63,133 bases of DNA from Bispira polyomma (Eukaryota), in the NCBI GenBank assembly GCA_965649765.1, contig OZ287759.1, positions 15,810,001-15,873,133 on the forward strand. Direction: 5' to 3'. Below the pieces are notes generated by a model. That model had not been told where the DNA came from. It saw nothing but the letters and a program-made list of their open reading frames with translations, and ran no database searches. The position numbers were made by a program, and so were the translations under genes. The first letter of the stretch is position 1; every line of letters begins with the position of its first letter. Below, in pieces: positions 13,831-24,600 of the stretch.

Positions 13831-14994
13831 AAAGTCTAAATTTGGGCCTTTCCATCGAGAATAGTTGGCATATGTGAGTTTCAGTATACCACTCAATGAT
13901 ATTTGTGAAATATGTTTCACCAACTATGTATCACAATGAGTATTCCTGTTTAGTCTTGGTTATTATAATTATTACTTTAACACAATCCCCCCTTAAAAAT
14001 TGCGTTGTACTGTGTATCAATAAATACTCTGCCTGACCCTAACAATTCATATCTTCACCTCACTACACATTGTAATATCAGTGTATATCAGCGCATTAAC
14101 CACTAAGGCTTCGGGGGTTTCTCCTTTAGCTCAACTGTTAGTGCGCTAGACTATTCATCTCAAGATCCGTAACAACCCAGGATCGAATCCCAGAAGAAGC
14201 AAACCTCTTTATAAATTTACAGCTGAGTTATTTCTGTTGTTTACAACATGGAGTATTGTGATTTTATGATTATTTTGAAAAACCTCAATTTTGAACCCCG
14301 CCCCCTATCATCCTACATAATTTTTCCAGGAATAGCGACAGATTTCAATTTTTCTACATTCTTGGATATTCTTACTCTTGTAGGTGTGACAAGGCATCAA
14401 ATTAAGTAGCACTATTTTTTTGCTAGCCAATATTATTTAAAAAAAACCGAACTAGTATAGTGTCAAAAATGAAGTGACACTGCGACAACTGTACCGAGAT
14501 TTACTCTAACTCATGATTTATTGGCTACACAAAATAGTTATTTAGTGGCAGAAGTAATGAAGTTTGCTGTCACTCTGCAAGAAACATTTAACAGGATGAG
14601 GCATCTCACATCGATACACTGCAGACATGTTTAAGGACCATGCCAAAAATATAGGTTTTACAATATTACTCTTTTCTCTCAAAAACAGCTTTGTAGAGGT
14701 TGTTAATTTCCTAGAGAGTAAAAGTGAACTCCCAATGTAAAGGTTAAAGGTTAATCATAATGCATAGTTTCTTTGGTGACAGTAATAAGAAAATTCAGTA
14801 TCGAGTTGTCATGAAGAGTAGATTACCTTAAACCACTGAAACAGTGAAATACTACTATTACTGAGACTTGCACTACCTCTTGGTTTATCAAACTTTGATT
14901 GTTGTGCTTTTAAATATGCCTAGTATTAACTTTTTTGATACCCTCAAAAATGACACCAAAAACAGAAGGAAGGTTTCTGCAATAGGATACAGAC

Positions 14995-17875
14995 AGAATT
15001 CCAAAGCTTCACTCCAATAGTTGGAAAGGAATGCTCGCTTAATTTTTGATTCTTGACTTGGGGATGGGAAAGTCTCCTATAGACGGTCTAGATTTGATAT
15101 TATGTCTTAGCCTTTGCGCATGACATGGAATTTCGAGGATCCGCGGTGGCAGTATAGCTCTAAGATATGTTGGTGATAAGTCATGAGTAATTTTATACAT
15201 TTTTAAAACATGAATTTCCCTTCTTTCAGAGAGAGGAGACCAACCTGTCTCATTGTAAAGACTAGAGATATTTGACTTGGCAGGAGCACCTGTAACTATT
15301 CTCATAGCCTCAACAGTGAGCTTATCCAACTTTGCAAGCAAATTTTGTGGGGTTTTTTTTGAGCATACCAAGACGGGAGGAACACATCTGTACTATATTG
15401 TATATATGGTTATCCCATTTAAGATTATGTGAGATCCACATTCCAGCATGCTTGTGTGTGGGTACATTTGCAATTGGAGTGTTATAAAACACCAATCTTG
15501 GCAGGTTATTACAAGGTTTTGTTTTTAAAGAATTTAGCATAGATTCTGATTTTACAGGACTAAACTTTATTAGCCACTGATTGGCCCATTGTTCAATATG
15601 AAGGAAATCCTGGTTAATATAATTAGTTGCTTCATCCAGATTATCCACTTTAGTGAAGAGGCAAGTGTCATCTGCGAAGAGCCTTATGTTACAATGTTTA
15701 ACCACTGAAGTCATATCATTAATAAATGCCAAGAAAAGTAGTGGTCCCAATACAGAGCCTTGTGGTACCCCAGCATTAATTTTTACCCAATCAGAGAATT
15801 GTCCATTTATGATCACTTGTTGGAATCGGTTAGAAATGTAGTTCGAGAACCAGCTTAGTAAGTTTCCACTTATGCCAAACTGCCTGAGTTTAGAAATCAA
15901 ACCTTTATGCCATACTCGATCAAATGCTTTAGAAATATCAAGGTACACTACCCGTAAATCTTTACTATCATTCAAGCCACTCGAAAACTGGTCATACATT
16001 CCAACAGTTGGGTGATAGTGGATGAGCCAGATAAAAAGCCAGATTGCCACATACTTATTAACTGATTATCTCGAAAGTGATTGTACACATGTTTAAATAC
16101 TATCCTTTCAAATACTTTACCAAGTATACAAAGAAGGGAAACTGGGCGGTAGTTATCAGCATATTGTTTAGATGACTTTTTGTGTAGGGGTAAAACATTT
16201 GCTTTCTTCCAAGATGAAGGAAAAGTGAAATATTAAACAGCTTTGTTAATGGTTTAACAAGTGACTTTCCTGCCATTTTTATAAATTTTGGTGAGATTCC
16301 ATCAGGCCCATATGATTTGTTACAGTCTAAAACTCTAATCTTGTCATATACTTCACTTTCCTGAACAGTAATATTAAGCAGTGAATTGCCAGTAGATGGC
16401 TGGTATGGAGGAAGAGTGGCTGAGGAATCATCAATATGAGATGATGAAGCAAAAAAGTTGTTAAAATGTGCTGCTTTTGCATGATCACCAACAATAATGT
16501 CCCCATTATCAGTGATAAGGGGTGGAAAAGAGTTGTCATTTGATGCCGAAAGATAAGATTTGGCAAGACTGTAAAATTTCTTAGTTGATATTTTCTCAGT
16601 ATTTATGTTGGTATATTTGGATTGAAGAAATTCTCTTTTTGCCTTTTAAACTTCCGTTATGTATATGTTTCTTTCATGTCTGAATCTAGTCCATGTCTGG
16701 ACTATTAACAGTTTTGGCCCTGTTATGTAACCTATTAAGCTGATACTTAAGCTTTCTAAGGTAACTGTTATAGAAGGATTTATCTTAGGGTCTAATAGTA
16801 ACCATCTTGTTTGGAATAAACTGATTTGCAGCAGATAGAATTATGTTAGTTATGAGGTCGCAGGATTCGTTAACAGATTTGTTGTGAGAAAAACACTCAT
16901 CCCAGTTCATTTTATCTAAGTAAGATTTATAAGAATTGCAGTCAGCTGCATTAAACTGCCATATTTGTCTTTTGAAAGCTTTGGCATGTCTAAATTTGAA
17001 TATTAATTTCAGATGAATTGTACAATGATCATTATTGGCAAGAGGTGGCAAGACACCCACATTGCGTACATACATTGGACAATTTGAGAGGCACTGGTCT
17101 AAAATGGTACTTGATCTATCTGTGATCCTAGTTGGTTGGTTGATATGTATTTTTAAGCTATTACAATTGGCAAAAATATCTAATTTTTTACCTGCATTAG
17201 TATTTGGATCAGAAATATTACTCTGTTGGGCTTTTTCTACAGATATTTGAAATTGTTCATAAAAGTTTATTGAAGTTAGGGGTCGGTAGACTGTGCAAAT
17301 CAAAAGTTTATTATTATTGCATCTTATTTCAAGCCACAGCGCTTCAACATCGTTTACTTCAAGATTTTTTCTACATTTTGCAGCTATGCCATTTCTGACC
17401 CAGCATAAAATGCCCCCTGCATGCCGGGGTCTATTTATAAAACAAATGGAGACTGAAAACCATCAATTAAGTAATCGTTCATATCATATGTATCTGTTAA
17501 CCACGTTTCGCTGACTGTTATAATGTTGAAACTTTTAGAAAGGTCATGTTTAATAAGATCTAGTTTTACGTTGGTACCGTTAAGTTTTGTTTTAATGCTT
17601 CTTATGTTCAAATGACATATTGTTATATCAGACAATTGCATATTTCTATCATCGCATTGTATATTATTTCTATTACCACCTTGTGGACCTGGATTTGTTT
17701 CAATGTCCCATGCAATTAAAAAGTTAGAATCACAAAATGCATAGCGTTTTGAAGCTGCAGGATTTGGAAAAATTCTACAGGTGTTAGAGAAAAGCCATCT
17801 TTTGCCAGATCTGTTGAACCTAAACCTCACAAAATATACTATTGCAGTCCAAAATTGTACTTCATAATCAGCCAT
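14995..17875 (-). pseudogene. LINE ORF2: apurinic-type endonuclease plus reverse transcriptase, with frameshifts and deletions, 3'-truncated
   Basis: APE motifs ICHLNIRSI, IITVSETWL, VYRP, PTRIT...TILD, NDHC. RT motifs YLDISKAFDRVWH, GVPQGSVLGPLLF, LFADD, WANQWLIKF. ORF pieces 17435-17875, 16785-17303, 15322-16050 and 15039-15371. Confidence 0.95.
17684..17707 (-). other. 2A-like ribosomal skipping (StopGo) motif DIETNPGP just upstream of the endonuclease
   Basis: Reads ...NFLIAW-DIETNPG-P, an exact match to D(V/I)ExNPG/P, in frame with the APE domain. Confidence 0.85.
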
Positions 17876-18695
17876 TAGAAAATGTATCGGAGACTGAATC
17901 TAGCAAAACACACACCAGCAAACTAATGATACAAAAATGCAGATGAAAGTGACAGGTATGATTAGACAACACAATTACAGACATTATAAACTAGTTGAAT
18001 ATGATATATAGGTGAAAAATATATAAAGATATATATAATAATAATTACATAAATAAGAAGAAAAGATAATATAAAATAGGAACAAATTAGAGGAAAGGAT
18101 CACAAAATGCTACAGGTATGTACACGTGTTTTACAACAAATATCAGCTGTGCAGAACTAAATCAAATATGGAAATGCATGTAAGTACATATATATATATA
18201 TATATTTTTTTTACTATTTTTTATTTTTTTTTCACACAAGGATGTAGACTTTCTTTTAGAGTTTAGCTCTGAACTCTGGTTGCACAAAACATATTTGATT
18301 GCCTTGTGAATAAATGGAAATTATATTATATATCACATATGTAGCAGTTAATTAACTGGCACCAAAATATATAGCATATGCTACATGGTAAGGCATGCAG
18401 ATGGTTGCATGTAAAGAATTTAAAATCTTTTATGTACTTTACCTGAACAGTAAAGTAAAAGCCACTACTTTATATTATACACAATTAGAAAATGTATATG
18501 AAACATATGTATGTTCTTTTAACAGTAACAGCTTTCTCACATAATATATAAAGAGGATTACATCCTTTACACTCAAGTTAAAGCAGTCTTAATACAGGTT
18601 ATTTGGAGATGAATAGATTGTCCAGGTACGAAAGAAAGGAATGTAAAAAAGAATAAATGGATAATAAATTAGTTGTCACAGATAGTTGTACATGT

Positions 18696-19137
18696 TTACA
18701 AAGTTGAGCGGAGGTCCTCAAGAAGTGACCCTAGTACATTTTTCCCTGTCCAGTTCTTTGAATCCCAAATGGCATCGTCTTCAAGGGAAAGGCCAACACC
18801 CCAGTAATTGTCATGTGGGTTGGCTTCAGCCAGTCTGGTGTCACCAGTTTGTTTTAGAAACTTAGCCAAGTGGTCATTTTGCTGGAATTTAGCTTTTAGT
18901 CCAATTTTCATGTGGTTATCGCTGACTTGCCTCCACAGTGATGAGTCAAAATTTCTTATCCTTTTGCCAATGGATTTGGCAATCTTAGGTTCGGCCGTTT
19001 GCAATATTTTTTGAGCTGAATCACTGTCGTGCAATTGGATTGCCTTTTTGAACATGTAGAAGTGTTCCACAGAGTGAAAGGACTGATTGTCTGCTGTGAA
19101 TTTACAATGGTGGTGATTCTTGAGTGAAAAAAGCTGT
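18696..19137 (-). other. NADAR (YbiA-like / DUF1768) domain at the C-terminus of ORF1
   Basis: Family motifs in the expected order: AFF..ESP(LSN)HH, F..D...F.SVEHFYM.KKA, P..AK.IGK.I.NFD...W, M..GL.AKF.QN..L...L..TG, LAEANPHDNYWGVG, GKNVLG.LL..LR, then stop at 18696. Confidence 0.92.
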
Positions 19138-20005
19138 GATATTGTTTTTGGTGATGGTAGAAACATAATATGGTTGTAACTCTTGTGGCAATTTTGAAAT
19201 ATCATTCACTGTATACAGGTTACTATTAACCACCAGTTTATCTACCGAAAGACGAGCTTTAAACTTTCCACCGGATCTGTATGCAGCTTGCAGAATAGGC
19301 CTGAAAACTCTCCTTCGCTCTAGAACCTCGAGAGGGAAATCCTCGACAACAATGATGCCAATTTGGCGAAACTTATCTTTGGACTTCAGAATGAACAACT
19401 TGTCCTTGAAGTGGTTGAATTTTACAATAATTGGCTGACTGGTCCCTCGCTTAGGTCCGGTTCTATGGGCCCTCACTATAGCTCTACTGTCCAGGACAAT
19501 GTTCACATCCTGACATAAAGCCAGCACAGTTGACTCACAGTTTTTAACTGTGTCAGAATTTTGTAGCTTCACATTTAGGAACTGCAGGTTATCCTTTCTC
19601 ATGCGGGTTTCTAGGTTGACCAAGCGTTCAGTTAATGTGTTGATTTGGGTATCAGTAAATAATTGTTTAGATCTAAGTTATGTATTTTCAGTTTCAAGAG
19701 CTTTAATTTTACCATCAAGTATGTCTGTCTGTGACTGAAGTTAATTGTTGTTTAACACTGTCAACTGATTGGTGCAAGGTTTCAAGTTCTCCATGAAGTT
19801 TTGTATCTAAGGATGTAATTGACTGCCTTAAGTTCCCTAATTCATCATAAATTGGGCTTAATCCTTCCTCAAGAATGGTGCGCACATCAGAGACTGAGAG
19901 TTGAGGTGAGACAGGAGACACAAGGACATGGTTCCTCTTTGGGGTCTTTGCAGTTGGAGCTATAGTGCTCTGTGACTTCCCTCTCTGTATACCTCTAGAT
20001 GTCAT
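18696..20005 (-). pseudogene. LINE ORF1 (basic N-terminus, coiled coil, L1/Tnp22-like RRM+CTD) fused to a C-terminal NADAR domain; about 440 aa when repaired
   Basis: Three consecutive ORF pieces (19715-20005, 19102-19623, 18696-19205) join through two frameshifts and one stop. Bridging frame read by hand: DILDGKIKALETENT*LRSKQLFTDTQINTLTERLVNLETRMRKDNLQF. ORF1 motifs: RKDNLQF, IVRAHRTG, QPIIVKF, VEDFPLEVLERRR, ARLSVDKLVVN. Confidence 0.85.
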
Positions 20006-21478
20006 CTTATATGGGGATAAGTCTTAAACACCTTTGAAATTAATTTAGTACCCTGAACATGTATTGATTGACGATTTATAAGGCTGCACAAGTCATTTAG
20101 GTCACTAAGTATGAAGTCCCAGGCCAAGCTATTCTGTTAATTAATTAACAATTCAAAGAAAGACAGCAAGTACATTCCAATTGTGAAAGTTTGTGCACCA
20201 AGAAATTATTGCACAAACCCTGTTTGAAGAAATTAAACTCTACATTGCTATCAATCAGTTGACACGTGTTAAGCTCCTGTAGCTATTTGTGATCCTATCC
20301 CTGGTAAGTTAAGACATGGTGTAATGATTGTGTTGACCCTCAGTGGTACCTCCTGTTTAAAAAGTCAAGCTGGTGTGACACTTGATTATTTGTGACACAT
20401 GATTAGTCTTTGTTTGAAAAAATTATATTTTCTGTACAAAATATCTTACATAAATATATATCCTTACACAGACTAAATAACTTTGAAAAAACATCTACTT
20501 AATCCTGGTAGTTTATTATCAATAACTTGCTAGTCTTGAGTATAAACTCTATGTATGTCCACATGAAAACTTTAAAAAACACAGGAGCACCAAAAACACA
20601 ACTTCATCACACAAACACTGATGTGCATCCATGTGATGTTAATTAACATAAGATTCCATAGATACTTAAAATAACAATACTGGTGATGGTGGTAATTTAA
20701 GTGACCTATGATAACATTTTAATAAACAGTTTCAATAGGCACTATATAAATTATAATTTGTATTTAAATAACACATAGTTTGAGAGATTCAAGTATAAAC
20801 CTTTTTATTTTTTAAGGGGCGAACACTTTCACAGTCACAATTTGAAATACCATAGAATTGAAATATTACTTTTGTCAACATATTTGTCTGATGCATTTTG
20901 CATTTCTTATTAACTTGAGTCAGGTGTTTTCCATAATTGGCTCTTTTGGTGCATGCTAAATGTAAGTAAAACTCTAATAGCACTAAATTAATACATATGA
21001 TGGTATTATAAAAAAAATGCGAAATATGATGTTAAATTTAATATTTTTTTGGATTGCTCTTGAATACACGAAGGAGGACATTACCCTTCTAAATTCTAAT
21101 TACTTTCAACAACAAAACAAGAACTCAAAAATGCTGCAGTTAAATCAATTATGTGTTTCACGGAACTTACTGTAATGAATATGGAGAGCTTTTGTTATGC
21201 TACACATTTCTACAATAGCAACAAATTGAGAAAACCTAAATCTCTATTTCAGGACTGGCAGAGTAGTAGTAAAAGCTATGGCCACAGTGTAGAGTGTTTA
21301 TGACTGATTTTTCTTGTCACAATTCTTGATACTGATGACCTAATACACTTTGTTAGATAGATTGAAACTGATTCCCATATTTGATTAAAATTGTGGTAAT
21401 GGGTAAAAACAGTTATAACAATACAAGTGAAAGTTCTGTTAACTTAAATACACATGTCCTTGACATATACTGTTTTCT

Positions 21479-21665
21479 AGGGGCCCACTGCACTGGCCTG
21501 GTAGTTAGAAAGCGCTTGCTTCACAAACATTGGCCTCGCACCAATTTGGGTTTTTAATATCCTATTCATTCGATCATGTGGAAAGTTTGTTAGGTACTTG
21601 CTGTAGGTCGTTGGTTTTTAGTGCTTTGAGCATTGGTTTCTTCTGCCATCAAATCTGGTGGTCAT
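21479..21665 (+). mobile_element. Second old SINE in the array unit (also ~34368-34555; head only at ~7898-7945)
   Basis: GGGGCCC...TGGCCTGGT(A/G)GTTAG head and 'gtaggtcgttggttt...ggtttcttctgccatcaaatctgg' body. Confidence 0.65.
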
Positions 21666-24600
21666 AAATACAAGCATTCAAATTTACACTGCAAATATAG
21701 TCAATCTGGAAATTAGAGTCACATGAGTAAATTATTTAACTTTTTTTGTCATTTTAAAAGTAATTTCTGAATAGGAAATGGCCCATATTTTATGCTGGTA
21801 GCTCCACACATGAATTGTAAATACATGATTTTAATTTAAACAGTAAGATATCCAAATATAAACCAACATGTAAACCTCTGACCTCTCGTATATTAAATGA
21901 TGAAAAAGAGTTTTTTAAACTAATATACTGTGGGATACACACAATTTTGGTGACAGAAAACTTGTTGCCTTATCAATTTGCTTAATTAAGTTCTAGTAGA
22001 ATATCCACTTCTATAATACTATAACAAACATAAATGAATATAAAAAACACTACAAAAAATACATCAGATGTCATGCTGAATTTTTACTTTTAACGAACAA
22101 AAACCAAATATGCTTCCACTAAATCAATGACGTAAGTTACTGAAATAAAAACCTGTTTGGAGTTTGGTAATGCTGCACATCTTTCTCTGCAACAGCGACT
22201 AATTGGGAAACTAAATGTCTATTTAAAACTGGCGTAGTTGTGAAAACTAGTCAAAATCTAAATTATGTATATAAGGACTGATGTTATTGATCATGTGGAA
22301 AATGTTAGATAAACTCAAAACACATTTATTACTTTACTTTAGATTTATAATATAAATCTCTACTTTGACCAAATGTTTGAAAAAAGCTCTCTTGATTATT
22401 TTATTTGTTAGAATGAACTGTGTTGTCTAAGTGTGATATTTGTTTTACATATTCAAAATACTTTTTTTCATTTGTAATATCAAATAAACGTATCATGTTG
22501 TATATTGAAATATTACTAGAATTGGGGCTTAGAAACATGTGTTCATTGCTATTCACAAGTCACACAAATTAAATGTCACATAATTCTGGTATTTTCCTCT
22601 TGATTTTGGAACTAATAAAAAACTCTCACTGATAAAATCAGTAGAAAAGGAGTGTTGCAAGTAGTATTGACATTGGTTTATATTAAGTGTAAGGGATGTC
22701 CGTGCCTGGCATAGGTAATAAATTAGATTTCTTGACTATCATATGAAATTGCCGAAAATTTAATGATGGACCCTTGAAATAAATGCTAAATGTGAGTTGC
22801 TCTCATTAAAATTCCAACAATAAAGAGAAAATCCCAGATGATGGATTTAGATTCAGACAGTAAAGTTACTTAAACAATGCATTGCAGTAATATAAGCATA
22901 TAAGCTTTACATAAGAGTTGTCAATTATTATCTATGCTATGCTGTGTTTATGATTCTTTGCCACAGTGCTGTATGTCCCTCCTGATGTGGGACTCAAAAT
23001 TCTATTGCTTATTTCTGTTATAAAGAATAGTAGTCCTTGGACAAGTGACAGTCGTCAGAAATCAACTTGATTCACTGGGATGGTCAGATTAACAGAAACC
23101 TAGGTTAAAGAAAATTTTGATTTTGGGCACCAACACTGAAAACGATGCACTAGTTCTGAGCTGGGATTCTCAATGTCAACTCAGGCTTAAGCTCATATTC
23201 ATCTCAAATATAGACAATGTGTAAATTCTGGTATATAAAAATCACCTGTACTTGTGACCACTTAACTTAATAATGGCTTTAGACACTGAATTCAAATGTG
23301 AAGTGAGATTTTAGATATCTTTACTGTATTCAGAGTTACAGATAATTCAGATCTATATAGGTTTTTTGTTCATGTGGGTATTTCTACTGATATCTCTCCA
23401 TACATAAAAAACCCCTATGCATCATCAATTTTTTTTTATAATCCATGTCACCACTTTCATAGCTGTTGCCTCTCAACAGTCCGGCTACTTTGTAGTTCAT
23501 CTGTCCTTCAGGAACCTTCTACTACCTCTTTAAAACCTACCAGGAGGGCTGGATTTAGAGCTTTCTCAATTGTTTATAATCCATGTCACTTTCATAGCTG
23601 TTGCCACTCAACAGTTCGGCTACTTTGTAGTTCATCTGTCCTTCAGGAACCTTCTACTACATCTTTGAAACCCACCAGAAGAGCTGGATTTAGAGCTTTG
23701 TCCATTGCTGCCCTAATGTTATAGAATAGTTGGGCCTAGATCACTGGAAACACTTTCTGGATATTATCAATCGGTGTAACTAGACCATAACATGACTAGA
23801 TCATTTGTCTGTGTACGTTAAATATTCCAATTAAAATTCAAATCCTTTGTCTGTGTTCCTCCTATCTCTGTCTTTCCACATGTGACATCCATTAAGGATT
23901 AAATCTCTGGAAAGACAAGCCTTTCTGCTAAAAACTAACAGCCTTTCCCTGTCATCTCCTCACTAGGTCACAGATAATTAAAAGGAAGTCAGAGTTTGTG
24001 ACTAGAGTACTAAAAGCCAACAGACCTGTGGCTGTAATGTTCAAAATTTTAAGCTCAACTTTAAAGTCACCGGTCTGTATCTCTTGCATGTGAGAATATG
24101 CATAAAATATGATTGGTTGTCCATCAACCCCCACTGTGCCCCCTGTAGTGGACCAATGCAACAATTTAGTTAAACTCTCCTGACCTTTGTGTATTTAGAG
24201 ATTGTGAATAGAACAAAGACGAAGATGTAGTCGCATAAAAGGTAGTTGGGAATACACCTTGTATATAGGGCAATCCCTAAAGTTGCCCCTAAATTTATTC
24301 CTACTAGTGTACAACCAATGCAAATTATTGGTTGCTTTAGATTGTTTAGATTGGCCGGCAGTCGCTAACCAAGGTTGTAAAAGTGGGACAAAGTATATAT
24401 TATTGGGAAAATCTACTACTTCCAGGCACAAAGACATTTTGTCATTTTTATTAGACTGGCTGTGTTGCTAGCTTTTCCCCACTCCTTGTGAATAGACAAT
24501 TAGTATGTAAGACTACATTTAATGTTGTGTGCCTAGCATTTTAACATAACTAAACACACTTAACATGACAAGAGATTTTACTTTTGTTAAGGAATCCTTC

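Larger units (their letters stand above)
14995..20632 (-). mobile_element. Nearly full-length decayed CR1-group non-LTR retrotransposon (5' UTR, ORF1-NADAR, ~0.8 kb spacer, ORF2 2A-APE-RT); 3' end deleted
   Basis: L1-type ORF1 and APE/RT motifs are collinear on the minus strand. Boundaries come from uninterrupted array copies: host 'aataggatacagacag' ends at 14996 (cf. ~26260) and host 'tgtgatgttaatt' resumes at 20632 (cf. ~6684). The ORF2 3' part is closely similar to 54223-54985. Confidence 0.93.

Noticed and set aside
14120-14201. Functional tRNA gene
   Set aside because: Anticodon and T stems are mismatched and the copies differ by disruptive indels; kept only as tRNA-like.
18696-19205. 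Stand-alone ybiA-like gene from bacterial contamination or recent horizontal transfer
   Set aside because: It lies inside a LINE, its N-terminal motif is in the ORF1 frame, and the first ~30 residues of the listed ORF are off-frame ORF1 sequence.
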